This document shows, in pieces, positions 36,719 to 46,872 of a stretch of 64,000 bases of DNA (its first letter is position 1; each line of letters opens with the position of its first letter). The notes under the pieces were generated by a model. It was given only the letters and a program-made list of their open reading frames with translations. It was not told the DNA's origin and made no database searches. A program made the position numbers and the translations under genes. This DNA is from an uncultured Pseudomonadota bacterium (GTDB lineage Bacteria; Vulcanimicrobiota; Vulcanimicrobiia; Eremiobacterales; Eremiobacteraceae). The stretch spans positions 576,001 through 640,000 of the forward strand of contig CAVTNB010000001.1 of the NCBI GenBank assembly GCA_963736005.1. The letters are read 5' to 3'.

Positions 36719-37950
36719 GGGCTCACAATGCGGACGAATTGATGATTGCCCTTTTGTAGAACTTTGCCATGCCAAGATTGCTCCACATGTTTCGCATCAC
36801 TGGCACGCCCGCCGTTAATTTTGATGGCGCCCTGTTCGACCAGACGTTGCGCCTCTCGATTCGATGCGGCCCAACCCACGAGGACGAGCAATTTGCCCAA
36901 AGTTAGGGTCGAGCCGTCCGCCTTCAATTGATATGCGGCGATATCATCAGGCAATTCCTTGCGGACGACCGTCTTCTCAAAGTGCTCCAAGGCGCTTTTC
37001 GCAGCTGCGCTGCCGTGATAGAGCGCGACGATTTCGCCGGAAAGTTTGATTTTGGCGTGGCGCGGTGTCAGGGCTCCGCGCGCCAGTTCCGCTTCTATGC
37101 GATCGCAATCTGCGGCTGAAAGCGTCGTCGCCAAGCGAAAATACCTGACGATCAGGGCATCCGGAATGGACATCACCTTGCCAAACATCTGTGCCGGCTC
37201 ATCCCGCAGGGCAATGAAATTATTGAGACTCTTTCCCATGCGAGCAACGCCGTCTGTGCCTTCGAGGATTGGCAGCGTCATGCAGACCTGCGGTTGTTGC
37301 CCAAACTCTTCTTGCAAACGGCGACCGACCATGAGATTAAAAAGTTGTTCGCTGCCGCCGAGCTCGACGTCGGCCTTGATAGCAACCGAATCATAGCCTT
37401 GACTCAAGGGATAGAGAAATTCGTGCAACCCAATGGGGGAGCCGGCATCAAAGCGCTTCGTAAAGTCATCGCGCTCGAGCATTCGCGCGACGGTTATCTT
37501 GCTTGAAAGCCCGATAACGTCCGCAAAAGACATCGGCGCCAACCACTCGCTGTTGTATTTTATTGTGGTGCGTTCGATATCCAAAATAAGGGCGGCTTGA
37601 TCGGCGTACGAGCGCATGTCACTGCGAATCTCTTCAATGCTGCGCGGCTTTCGTGCGCTTGAGAGGCCGGTTGGGTCCCCTATTTGTGCAGTAAAATCCC
37701 CCACAATGAGCACCGCTTGATGCCCAGCGTCTTGAAAGTCACGCAGCTTGCGCAGTGCCACCGCGTGACCTAGATGAAGCAGAGGGCCAGATGGGTCGAT
37801 CCCAAGTTTCACCCGCAGAGGGTGGTCAAGCCGCGCGGCAAGCTCGTCAGCCGAAATAACGTCGACACAGCGTTCGACGAGTTTCTCTAGTTGTTCGGTT
37901 GCGTTCTTTGCCATTGCCTCTGGTTTTCGGGGCGACTTGACAGCCGCCAA
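36715..37950 (-). CDS. tyrS: Tyrosine--tRNA ligase
   Basis: GIDPS..LHLGH; IGDPTG; RMGKS (KMSKS variant); C-terminal S4 domain. Confidence 0.95.
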   Translation of the reverse strand: MAAVKSPRKPEAMAKNATEQLEKLVERCVDVISADELAARLDHPLRVKLGIDPSGPLLHLGHAVALRKLRDFQDAGHQAVLIVGDFTAQIGDPTGLSSARKPRSIEEIRSDMRSYADQAALILDIERTTIKYNSEWLAPMSFADVIGLSSKITVARMLERDDFTKRFDAGSPIGLHEFLYPLSQGYDSVAIKADVELGGSEQLFNLMVGRRLQEEFGQQPQVCMTLPILEGTDGVARMGKSLNNFIALRDEPAQMFGKVMSIPDALIVRYFRLATTLSAADCDRIEAELARGALTPRHAKIKLSGEIVALYHGSAAAKSALEHFEKTVVRKELPDDIAAYQLKADGSTLTLGKLLVLVGWAASNREAQRLVEQGAIKINGGRASDAKHVEQSWHGKVLQKGNHQFVRIVSP

Positions 37951-37964
37951 CTACATTTACGTTC

Positions 37965-40376
37965 TTACACGAGCCGGACAATCGTGATCCCGGTGCCGCC
38001 CTCCCGCTCTGGAGCATGCGACACCGACTCTACCTGGGGATGTTCGTCCAAAAACTCTCGGATTCCGCGAGCGAGACGGCCCGTACCTTTTCCGTGCAGA
38101 ATTCGCAGCTCGCTCAAACCGCCAAGCACTGCGTTGTCAAGTGCTTTGTCGATCAGCGGCCACGCTTCGTCCACTCGCATCCCGCGGACGTCGACCGATG
38201 GTGAAGTATCGGACCGGATCTGAAGGTGCGCCGGCACGTCCCCTGTGCGCGCGTGGGTGGAGCGAGGACGACTGGGGCGGACTGCGACATCCGCTGCTTT
38301 GGCGGAGTGAAGGCCGCTGGCGCGCTTGACGACGTCGCTCGTTGAAACGAGCATCTTGAGATTTCCGATTGCGACGAGCAATTCGCGCTCGTACACTTCT
38401 GCGACAATCCCCGTGGCATCAAAACTCTTCACATAGATCTCGTCGCCTGAGTGAAACGATGCCGTCCGGCTACCGTGCTCTGACGTCTCAAGTCCGAGGC
38501 TACGGCGCATCTCTTGCAGCGTCTGCTCGAGGAGACGCCCACTTGAGGGCAGCGGTTTGCTTGCCTGTCGGGCAGCGGTTGCGGAACGATGCTCCGCTTG
38601 TTGGGTCAGCGTTTGACGCACGTCTTCGATGGCACGGGTAAGCTCTGCGGTCGCGCGCCGCTCGAAAGCATCTTTCTCCTGTTCCAAGGCCGCGATTCGC
38701 TGACGCATGGTTTGCTCCGCGCGCTGCGACCGGCTCTGCTGTTCTTCGAGCTCGGCTTGCATTTGTTTGAGCTTATCGCGCTCTTGCGCAAGCCGCTCGA
38801 AGGTTCGCTCGAGATTTTGCGCGTCGATACCGACCAGCGTTTCAGCCCGCGCGATCGTCTTGGGATCCAGCGCCAGCGAGCGGGCAAGCGCAAACGCAAG
38901 CGACTGACCGGGAACCCCGAGCGCAAAGACATAGGTGGGTTGGTAGGTTACCGGATCGAAGAGCATGGAGGCATTGCGCACTCGGTCGTGAGTCGCTGCG
39001 AACGTTTTGAGCTGCGTGAAGTGCGTGGTAACCGCGACCTTTGCCCCCAACCGAATCAGCGCTTCGATGAACGCTTGCGCCAAAGCCGCGCCGGCTCCAG
39101 GTTCGGTGCCACTCCCGATTTCATCGACCAGCACGAGGGTCTTTGCATTCGCGCCACTGGCAGCTGCCTTGAGCGCTTGCAGATGCGCAGAGAACGAAGA
39201 AAGATCTTGGGCAATGGACTGCTCGTCACCAATCACGCAGTCGATCCTGGTAAATTCGCCCACGGTGCTCGTGGCGCTCGCCGTGATGGGGATGCCAGCG
39301 TAGGCAAGCAGACACAGCAGACCTGCGGTTTTGAGGACAACGGTCTTTCCACCCATGTTTGGGCCCGAGATCACGACCGCGTCGAATGACTCTCCGATTT
39401 CGAAATCCAAGGGCACCGCCTCGCGGCGAAGCAATGGATGGCGGCCGTGCACGATGCGCAGCACCGGCTCGCTCGTCAATGTCGGCGCCCCCGCATTGCG
39501 GGCTATGCCGAAGCGCGCGCGTGCGCCCGCCGAATCAAGACGCCCGAGTAGCAGCACGTTTGCAAGCGCTTCTTCTTCCTTACGCGCGACCAAGGCGGAG
39601 AGTTCGGCCAGGATGCGCGCGATCTCGCGCTCTTCGTCCGCTTCGAGCGTTCGTAAGCGGTTGTTTGCCTCGACCGACGCGAGTGGTTCCATGAACACCG
39701 TAGCGCCAGATGCCGATTGGTCGAGGACCACGCCCGGAAAGTGCGCGGCGTGTTCGCTGCGCACGGGCATGACATAGCGGCCGGACCGAACAGTGACGAT
39801 CGGCTCTGAGAGCAGTTTGCCCAGCTCGACACTGGCGACGATCGAGCGACACCGATCCCGCACTCGCTCCCCCAACTCGCGATGTTGACGACGAATGCTT
39901 GCGAGTTTTGACGAGGCATCGTCACTGACTCGCCCCTCTTCTTCTATGGAGCGATCGATTGCAGTGATGAGCTCGTCAGTGTTGCGCCTGCCGCTCGCGA
40001 GCGCTCGCAACGGACCGGAAGGCCGCTTGTCTCGTCCGATGCTTGCGACCGCGGTGCGAAGCTTTCGCTCAGTGTCAGCAAACTGGCGCAAGTCCATGGG
40101 GGAGAGCGAGGCTCCCAGTTTTGCTTGTTCGATGGAGGCTAGCGTGTCGATCGCGCCGCCGAAACTGAAGTCGCCGCCTGCCATAAAAAACCCGGTTGTA
40201 TCTTCGACGAGGGCTTGTTCCGCCTGCGCCCACGCGCGCTCACCCAATCGAGGAACGAGCGATAAGACGACCGAGCTTCCCACAACGCAGCTGCAGAGTC
40301 GAGCAATCTCTTCAATGACGGCGGAAAATTCGAGCGCGCGAAGGGCGGCGGCATCGACGCCACCGTCGTGTGTCAT
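37965..40376 (-). CDS. mutS2: MutS2 (MutS ATPase + Smr domain)
   Basis: SGPNMGGKT; DEIGSGTEP; Smr DVRG...ILHGKGTG. Confidence 0.95.
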   Translation of the reverse strand: MTHDGGVDAAALRALEFSAVIEEIARLCSCVVGSSVVLSLVPRLGERAWAQAEQALVEDTTGFFMAGGDFSFGGAIDTLASIEQAKLGASLSPMDLRQFADTERKLRTAVASIGRDKRPSGPLRALASGRRNTDELITAIDRSIEEEGRVSDDASSKLASIRRQHRELGERVRDRCRSIVASVELGKLLSEPIVTVRSGRYVMPVRSEHAAHFPGVVLDQSASGATVFMEPLASVEANNRLRTLEADEEREIARILAELSALVARKEEEALANVLLLGRLDSAGARARFGIARNAGAPTLTSEPVLRIVHGRHPLLRREAVPLDFEIGESFDAVVISGPNMGGKTVVLKTAGLLCLLAYAGIPITASATSTVGEFTRIDCVIGDEQSIAQDLSSFSAHLQALKAAASGANAKTLVLVDEIGSGTEPGAGAALAQAFIEALIRLGAKVAVTTHFTQLKTFAATHDRVRNASMLFDPVTYQPTYVFALGVPGQSLAFALARSLALDPKTIARAETLVGIDAQNLERTFERLAQERDKLKQMQAELEEQQSRSQRAEQTMRQRIAALEQEKDAFERRATAELTRAIEDVRQTLTQQAEHRSATAARQASKPLPSSGRLLEQTLQEMRRSLGLETSEHGSRTASFHSGDEIYVKSFDATGIVAEVYERELLVAIGNLKMLVSTSDVVKRASGLHSAKAADVAVRPSRPRSTHARTGDVPAHLQIRSDTSPSVDVRGMRVDEAWPLIDKALDNAVLGGLSELRILHGKGTGRLARGIREFLDEHPQVESVSHAPEREGGTGITIVRLV

Positions 40377-40377
40377 C

Positions 40378-41838
40378 TCACCCTAACCGTTTTTGAAGCG
40401 TGGAGCGCACGAGCTCAATGTTCGCTTTGCCTCGGCTCGCCTTCATAACTTGTCCAACCAGGAACTCGAGCGCTTTGGTCTTGCCGGACTTATACGAAGC
40501 GACCGAATCCGCGTTGGCGGCGACAACATCATCAACGAACTGGGCGATGGCCCCCTCGTCTGAAACCTGCGACAAGCCGCGCTCTGCAATGATTGCTTGA
40601 GGATCCTTGCCCTCCACCACGATGACCTCGCATACTTCCTTCGCGGCTTTGCCCGAAACGCCGCCGGTCTTGACCAGGTGGATGAGCGCTGCCAGCTGCG
40701 CCGGCTTCATGGGAGATGTCGCAAGCGTGAGGCCGTGTTTCTCGAGCGCGCGTGGCACATCGTTGAGCATCCAATTCGCTGCTGCTTTTGGCTCGTCCGA
40801 CGCCGCGACAACCGCTTCGAAAAATTTCGCCGTGCGCGAGTCCTCGGTCAGAATCGCGGCATCGTACTCCCCGAGTCCATAGCGCGCTGCGAAGCGCTCG
40901 CGCTTGGCCAGCGGGAGCTCGGGCAACTCGCCTCGCCATCGATCGATCGTGACCTGCTCGAGGGCGAGGGGCACGAGGTCGGGATCTGGGAAATAGCGAT
41001 AGTCGTGGGCTTGCTCTTTTGACCGCGTCGAGTAGGTCAGCTTGCGGCCTTCATCCCAGTTGCGGGTTTCTTGCACGATGCGCTCGCCTTTGCGCAGTGC
41101 GGCCTCTTGGCGCTCGATTTCATACCGCAGGGCACTGACGACCGAGCGAAATGAGTTCATGTTCTTGACTTCCGCCTTCGTGCCAAGCGCCGTCGAACCC
41201 ACGGGCCGGATCGATACGTTTGCATCGCAGCGCAGCGAGCCTTCGTGCATTTTGACATCCGAAACCCCGAGATAGGAAAGAACAGCCTTGAGCTGCACGA
41301 GGTAAGCTTCAGCCTCTTCGGGGGATGCGATGTCGGGCTCGGTCACGATCTCCATGAGCGGCACGCCGGCGCGGTTATAGTCAATGAGCGTGTACTCAGC
41401 GCCCGCCATCCGGCCGCCGGCGTGGACATTCTTGCCGGTATCCTCTTCCAGGTGAATGCGATTGAGACGGATGACCTTACCGGAAGGCAACGTGACGACG
41501 CCACCGGTCGTCAAGGGCATGTCATACTGAGAAATCTGATAATTCTTGGGCATGTCGGGATAGAAGTAGTTCTTGCGATCGAACTTCGAGTGCGACGCAA
41601 TCGAACAACCAAGAGCGATGCCGGTCTTGCACAGGTACTCGACGGCTCGGGCGTTGATGACCGGCAGCGTTCCCGGCATTCCTAGGCAAATAGGACACAC
41701 AAGGGTATTCGGCTCAGCGCCAAACTCATTGCGGCAGCCGCAGAACATCTTGCTCTTGGTCGAGAGCTCGGCGTGCACTTCTAGGCCTATGACCGGTTCG
41801 TAACGCATTTCTTCCAGCGCGGTCACCCGAGTGCTCAC
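40378..41838 (-). CDS. gatB: Asp/Glu-tRNA amidotransferase subunit B
   Basis: IGLEVHAEL; RKNYFYPD; YRYFPDPDL; start either GTG 41838 or ATG 41808. Confidence 0.95.
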   Translation of the reverse strand: MSTRVTALEEMRYEPVIGLEVHAELSTKSKMFCGCRNEFGAEPNTLVCPICLGMPGTLPVINARAVEYLCKTGIALGCSIASHSKFDRKNYFYPDMPKNYQISQYDMPLTTGGVVTLPSGKVIRLNRIHLEEDTGKNVHAGGRMAGAEYTLIDYNRAGVPLMEIVTEPDIASPEEAEAYLVQLKAVLSYLGVSDVKMHEGSLRCDANVSIRPVGSTALGTKAEVKNMNSFRSVVSALRYEIERQEAALRKGERIVQETRNWDEGRKLTYSTRSKEQAHDYRYFPDPDLVPLALEQVTIDRWRGELPELPLAKRERFAARYGLGEYDAAILTEDSRTAKFFEAVVAASDEPKAAANWMLNDVPRALEKHGLTLATSPMKPAQLAALIHLVKTGGVSGKAAKEVCEVIVVEGKDPQAIIAERGLSQVSDEGAIAQFVDDVVAANADSVASYKSGKTKALEFLVGQVMKASRGKANIELVRSTLQKRLG

Positions 41839-43306
41839 GAGGCACGACCTGCCGCAACCGCGGCGTGCGCTTGGACGCATGTTGCGTCGCCTGCTCGTAG
41901 GCGTGCGCAACGCCAAGCATTGCAGCTTCCTCGAAGGCCGGCGCGACAATCTGCAGACCAACGGGGAGATCTCGAACATAGCCCGCCGGGACCGAGAGCG
42001 CGGGAACGCCGGCCAAGCTCATCGGGATTGTGAAGTAGTCCATGAGATACATCGCGACAGGGTCCGCAGTTTTGGCGCCCAACTCGAACGGCGGGCACGA
42101 TACCGCAGGACACGCGATGACGTCGCAGGTCGCAAAAGCCTCGTCGAAGTCCCTCTTGATGAGCGTACGAATTTTTTGGGCCCGCCCGTAGTAGGCATCA
42201 TAGTAGCCAGCTGAGAGCGCATACGTGCCGAGGATGACGCGGCGTTTGACCTCATCACCGAAGCCGGTTGCCCTCGTGCGCTCGAACATGGCGAACACGT
42301 CGCCACCATCTTCCACGCGGCGTCCATAACGGGCTCCGTCGTAGCGGGCAAGATTGGACGAACATTCCGCTGGTGCGATGAGATAGTACGTCGCGAGACC
42401 GTAGCGTGCATGCGGCAATCGCACGTCAATCAGCTGCGCGCCTAGTCGCTCGAGGTCCGCGTATGCAGCTTTGTACAGCGCTGCAAGCGCCTGGTCGCTC
42501 TTTCCGATCTGCTCTTCAAATTCGGCAACGATTCCCACTCGGATACCTGCGAGGTCCGGACGGAGAAACGTGCTGTACTTGGGCACAGCCGTGTCGACGC
42601 TTGTTGAATCAAGCGGATCGTGGCCTGCGATCACCTCAAGCGTTTGTGCAGCATCGCGGACGTCGGCCGTCATTGGCCCTGCCTGGTCAAGCGATGAGGC
42701 AAAGGCGATCAAACCGTATCGCGATACCCGGCCGTACGTCGGCTTGACCCCAACAATATTGCAAAATGCTGCCGGTTCGCGAATCGATCCACCGGTGTCG
42801 GTGCCAAGCGCGATAGGAACGGTGCCGGCGCCGACCGTGCTCGCACTGCCTCCTGATGATCCACCAGGTACTCGGGTCGTATCCCAAGGGTTGCGCGTGG
42901 GAAAAAACGCCGAGTTCTCACAGGACGAGCCCATCGCGAACTCGTCCATGTTCGTCTTCCCGATGATCACCGCACCCGCGTCCTCGAGTTTTTGAACTAC
43001 TGTGGCTGAATACGGCGAGCGAAAATTTTCCAGGATTCTCGATCCAGCTGTTGTGATTTCGCCCGCGACGCAAAAAATGTCCTTAACCGCGACGGGGATG
43101 CCCGCAAGCGGCCCCAGGTCTTTGCCCGCTGCAATAGCGTCGTCGATCTTCTGGGCTCTGGCAAGAGCGCGCTCGGGAGTGAGCCTCACGTAGGCTGAAA
43201 GTTGTGGCTCGAGCGCTTGCGCATCGCGAAGCGCCGCTTGGGCGACCTCAAGCGCGCTCCTCTGCTTGCGAGCAATCGCCTCTCGTATTTCGTGTCCAGT
43301 TTTCAT
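41726..43306 (-). CDS. gatA: Asp/Glu-tRNA amidotransferase subunit A (3' end possibly frameshifted)
   Basis: GKTNMDEFAMGSS; GGSSGGS; GTDTGGSIR. Confidence 0.95.
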   Translation of the reverse strand: MKTGHEIREAIARKQRSALEVAQAALRDAQALEPQLSAYVRLTPERALARAQKIDDAIAAGKDLGPLAGIPVAVKDIFCVAGEITTAGSRILENFRSPYSATVVQKLEDAGAVIIGKTNMDEFAMGSSCENSAFFPTRNPWDTTRVPGGSSGGSASTVGAGTVPIALGTDTGGSIREPAAFCNIVGVKPTYGRVSRYGLIAFASSLDQAGPMTADVRDAAQTLEVIAGHDPLDSTSVDTAVPKYSTFLRPDLAGIRVGIVAEFEEQIGKSDQALAALYKAAYADLERLGAQLIDVRLPHARYGLATYYLIAPAECSSNLARYDGARYGRRVEDGGDVFAMFERTRATGFGDEVKRRVILGTYALSAGYYDAYYGRAQKIRTLIKRDFDEAFATCDVIACPAVSCPPFELGAKTADPVAMYLMDYFTIPMSLAGVPALSVPAGYVRDLPVGLQIVAPAFEEAAMLGVAHAYEQATQHASKRTPRLRQVVPREHSGDRAGRNALRTGHRPRSARRALDQEQDVLRLPQ

Positions 43307-43317
43307 GCTTGTTTCGC

Positions 43318-43605
43318 CTACTCGAGGATCCGCGGCGTCTTGAAGAATGGCCCGTCTCGGTCGGGAGCATTCTCAAGGGCTTCCTCTCGGCTCAAGCAAG
43401 GCCTCAGCTCGTCATCACGCACGACGTTTTGCAAGGGAATGACTTGTGCTGTGGCTGGTATCTCGGACACGTCAAGTTGCTGCAGCTCTTTGATGAATTC
43501 GAAGAGCCGCGAAAACTGAGCGGAAAAGCGCGCGGCCTCTTCTTTGGTAAGGTCGATGCGCGCTAGCTTCGCGACGTGGTCGATGTCAATCGGAGTGTCA
43601 GCCAT
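43318..43605 (-). CDS. gatC: Asp/Glu-tRNA amidotransferase subunit C
   Basis: HVAKLARI...NAP...FFKTPRI; directly upstream of gatA. Confidence 0.93.
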   Translation of the reverse strand: MADTPIDIDHVAKLARIDLTKEEAARFSAQFSRLFEFIKELQQLDVSEIPATAQVIPLQNVVRDDELRPCLSREEALENAPDRDGPFFKTPRILE

Positions 43606-43628
43606 AGTTTGTATTTAGCCAAGCGGAG

Positions 43629-44999
43629 CTAAAGGTCCGCTGATCTTGTGAAGTCGGCTAGGGTTTCCACGTGACCCGTGAACGGAAACATATCGAAGGG
43701 TCGTACCGAGCGCAGCGTATAGCCAGCATCGACGAGACGGCGAGCATCTCTGGCAAGGGTTGCGGGATTGCACGAGAGGTAAAGAAGACGCGCGACGCTC
43801 GCAGCCGCTAAGGCGTCGAGCTCTGCCGGTTCGCAGCCGCGTCGTGGTGGATCGAGGATGACCACATCCGCGCCTTCCAGCAGCGTTCGCCCGCGCTCCC
43901 CGCTCACTGCTTCCAGCACGCTTGCGCATTCAAAGGCGGCGCTTGTGATGCCGTTGATCGCCGCGTTAGCGGCCGCTTCGTCAACAGCACCACGAGACGA
44001 CTCCACCCCCGTGGCCGCAATCCCGCGCTTTCCCGCCAGCACTGCGAAGGTCCCCACACCGCAGTAAAGATCGACAATTCGGCGCGCGCCCGCCAGCTCG
44101 TCCAGCACAATAGCGGCGATCCGTTCAAGCATGCCGGTATTGATTTGGAAAAATGAAGCCACACCAAAATGGAAGGTGGCGCCTGCAACCCGTTCGATCG
44201 TCTCGGGCGAACCCCACAAGGTTGCAAACCGCCGGCCGAAGATCGCGTTGGCGCTTGATGGATCCCAACTTGCTGCAAGTCCTGTCAAGGTGGGAATCGC
44301 GTGGCGCAGTGCGTCGACACATGAACTGAGATCAGCCCGCTCCCGTGACGTGCACAGGGCGAGCACGAGCGTCTTTTGAGCGACACCGGTTCGCACGACC
44401 ACATGTCGCACGTCGCGCAGCAGCCGTGGCGTCTTCTTCACCAGGGCAACAAAAGCCCGGACTGCATCATCGAGCCAGGGAAGCAACACGGGGCAATTCG
44501 CGATGGGGACGACCCGATGCGAGCGTGCCGCGTAGAACCCAACGGCCGCGCTGTCACGGCTCGACTCACCGACGAGGCTCACCTTGTTTCGGTATCGAGT
44601 CGAATCAAAAAAGTCGCTGCCAACGGTCGGTTGCACCCGAACCCCTTCCAATCGGGCGATTCGCGCAAGCGCATCCGCGACGAGCCGCTGTTTCCAGCGG
44701 AGTTGGGCTTCGTATCGCAAGTGGAGCGTCTGACAGCCTCCACAACGAGGAAAAACGGGGCAGACCGACTCGATGCGATCCTGTGAGGCGTGGACGATGT
44801 CGACGGCGTGCGCGCTGACGTAGTTCGGTTTTACCGCATCGACGGCAATCCGGACATCCTCGCCTGGTAGAGCACCGGTGACGAAGGCAACGAGCTTCTC
44901 ATCGCGGCCCACACCTTGGCCGTTTGCCAGAAGATCGTCGATATGGAGCGTGTGTGAGGTAAGGTCGCGGGGTGCCGGTTTACCCGCGGCGCTGCTCAT
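43629..44999 (-). CDS. rlmD: 23S rRNA m5U1939 methyltransferase
   Basis: TRAM domain; CPVFPRCGGC; SFFQIN; DLYCGVG; DPPR; SCNPATLARD. Confidence 0.92.
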   Translation of the reverse strand: MSSAAGKPAPRDLTSHTLHIDDLLANGQGVGRDEKLVAFVTGALPGEDVRIAVDAVKPNYVSAHAVDIVHASQDRIESVCPVFPRCGGCQTLHLRYEAQLRWKQRLVADALARIARLEGVRVQPTVGSDFFDSTRYRNKVSLVGESSRDSAAVGFYAARSHRVVPIANCPVLLPWLDDAVRAFVALVKKTPRLLRDVRHVVVRTGVAQKTLVLALCTSRERADLSSCVDALRHAIPTLTGLAASWDPSSANAIFGRRFATLWGSPETIERVAGATFHFGVASFFQINTGMLERIAAIVLDELAGARRIVDLYCGVGTFAVLAGKRGIAATGVESSRGAVDEAAANAAINGITSAAFECASVLEAVSGERGRTLLEGADVVILDPPRRGCEPAELDALAAASVARLLYLSCNPATLARDARRLVDAGYTLRSVRPFDMFPFTGHVETLADFTRSADL

Positions 45000-45168
45000 C
45001 AAGAGTCTTGAGGAGTTGGTCAGCTTCGCCGATGAGTGCGCGAATTCTGTCTCGTGTGGGATTGGCCGTTTCGTGTTCGAGCAAAGAGCGGACAAGCCGG
45101 TACGTGGCGTATGCCGACAGCAAGAAAGCGGCGGTCCAAAGAACAGGATACACTTGTTTCGCGCTCAT
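44980..45168 (-). CDS. Small single-TM hypothetical protein
   Basis: N-terminal TM followed by a helical tail; ATGA overlap. Confidence 0.55.
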   Translation of the reverse strand: MSAKQVYPVLWTAAFLLSAYATYRLVRSLLEHETANPTRDRIRALIGEADQLLKTLDEQRRG

Positions 45169-45416
45169 GCTTGTCTCCATTTAGGCGCCGCCTGCGCCAG
45201 GTCCCTCTCGCTTGCAACGCTTTCACGCGGTAACTGATAGCGGTCGAGCAGGCACACAGCATGTGGGGACGCGCCGAACAGTATCCGACGCCCATCGACA
45301 TCGATCGCATAGAGCGTCACACCTGCGGCGAGTGGCTGCACGCACGCCACGTGGATGATCTTCTTTCGCCCGCCCCCAAAAACGTGTGACATCCATCGCT
45401 CGAGTCTGTGGATCAT
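45165..45416 (-). CDS. FliO-like cytoplasmic domain protein
   Basis: IHVACVQPLAAGVTLYAIDVDGRRILFGAS resembles the FliO beta-domain; no TM. Confidence 0.5.
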   Translation of the reverse strand: MIHRLERWMSHVFGGGRKKIIHVACVQPLAAGVTLYAIDVDGRRILFGASPHAVCLLDRYQLPRESVASERDLAQAAPKWRQA

Positions 45417-46525
45417 GTCGTTCGCAACCTTTGACTTGGGACAAGCCAGCGTAACAGACCCTTCCTCCCCTCAATCGTAAAGCCGTGCTCGATTGCGTGG
45501 TGAGGCAAAGACGCGAGTATTGCGTCGTCCGTTAACCGCATCGCTCGCTGGGTCTCTTCGCGTGCAAAGGGCAAGGACGCTATGAATGCATGCAACATGT
45601 CGAGGAGAAGCGCTTCGGCTCCCGTTTGCGCGAGCATACCAGGATTTTGCTCGTCCACGACCTTGGTACCCAAAAGCGCATTCAAAAGCGCCGCCCCGCT
45701 CGGTTCGTCCGCAACCAGAATCACTGCACCACCGGCGTGGTTCGGTACGCCCAGGCGAAGCCACCCTTGCGGCATTGTGGGTGACGACAGCTGCTCTATG
45801 TGGGGCGGATCGAACGTGACAACTTTCCGCAGGGTTCGCTCGAGCGCCGCTCGTGCGTTTTCGAGTGACGCCTCAAGACCTACGCCCGCGACTTCTCTCG
45901 ATCGCGCCGCTGCACCGACCGGCACCCTTGCCTGCGCGGCGTGCCCAAAAATGTGTGGTGGCGGCGCTGCTTGGTGCGTATCTGGCGCGTTAAGACCTAT
46001 CTGCCAATGATAGCTCTGCGCTCCGACCGCCAGCGTTCCCCCACCCAAGGGCGTCTTTTGTTTGAAGGCAGACACGTGCTCGACCGTGAGTGGCGGTACA
46101 AGATCGAGCACCTCAGCCATCACGGTAAACACCTGCCCAGCGGCGGCCGCTGCAACGCGCATTGCTTTCGATCCTAAACCAACTCTGCTAGGGTCGCCTT
46201 CACCACCGATCATCGCGTCGGCGAGGCAAGCGGCGAGCAGCGAGTCTATCGTGAACCAATACTCGACGCCTTGGCTGCGTCCGCAGTACATCGTTCGCTC
46301 GGAGGTGAGCTCGACGACATCAGTACTGGCACACCGAACCGGGCGATTCAGATACGTGGCGAGCTGTTGGGTGATCATCGGACCAAGACCACCGCTCGCA
46401 GACAGCTGCGACAGCTTGCGCCTCGCCAGCTCAACATGAGGGGTCGAGTCAGGCACGCCGGCGGCGGCGGGCTCTGCAAGCCGTTCGAGCAGGCCTTCCA
46501 CTTGCGCGTCGTTTAGTCTGGCCAC
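45413..46525 (-). CDS. Divergent FliM/FliY(CheC-fold)-like protein
   Basis: LNDAQVEGLL resembles the FliM N-peptide; IDSLLAACLADAMIGGEG resembles FliM LGG; second similar repeat. Confidence 0.5.
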   Translation of the reverse strand: MARLNDAQVEGLLERLAEPAAAGVPDSTPHVELARRKLSQLSASGGLGPMITQQLATYLNRPVRCASTDVVELTSERTMYCGRSQGVEYWFTIDSLLAACLADAMIGGEGDPSRVGLGSKAMRVAAAAAGQVFTVMAEVLDLVPPLTVEHVSAFKQKTPLGGGTLAVGAQSYHWQIGLNAPDTHQAAPPPHIFGHAAQARVPVGAAARSREVAGVGLEASLENARAALERTLRKVVTFDPPHIEQLSSPTMPQGWLRLGVPNHAGGAVILVADEPSGAALLNALLGTKVVDEQNPGMLAQTGAEALLLDMLHAFIASLPFAREETQRAMRLTDDAILASLPHHAIEHGFTIEGRKGLLRWLVPSQRLRTT

Positions 46526-46872
46526 GGCGTGGGCTCGGCTCGAGCGGCGCGGCGCGCGAGACCTACCCGAGCCGTTGCCCAGCGCGCCTTTTCTTTTGCG
46601 AAGCGTGCTCCATCAGCCAGGATCGCACGTTGGGCGATCGATATGGCGGAGGAGGCTGCCGCACTCCACAGGGTGTGGTTGGTAACCATTGCACAGTCAA
46701 ATGCACTCCACAAGCGCCGAGCATGGAGAATTCTTTTTGCGGCAGCGGATTGGGCGAGCACCGCGTTGCGCTGAGCGCGAAGCACAAGAAGTCTGGCATG
46801 CAGAGCGGCGAGTTGCGCGCCCGCTGCACGCTCGAGGAGCCCGATTGACTGTAAAGTTCTCGAGCGCTTCAC
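46513..46872 (-). CDS. Helical hypothetical protein, possibly degenerate FliJ-like
   Basis: GTGA-coupled to purA; Ala/Leu/Arg-rich coiled-coil character. Confidence 0.35.
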   Translation of the reverse strand: MKRSRTLQSIGLLERAAGAQLAALHARLLVLRAQRNAVLAQSAAAKRILHARRLWSAFDCAMVTNHTLWSAAASSAISIAQRAILADGARFAKEKARWATARVGLARRAARAEPTPWPD

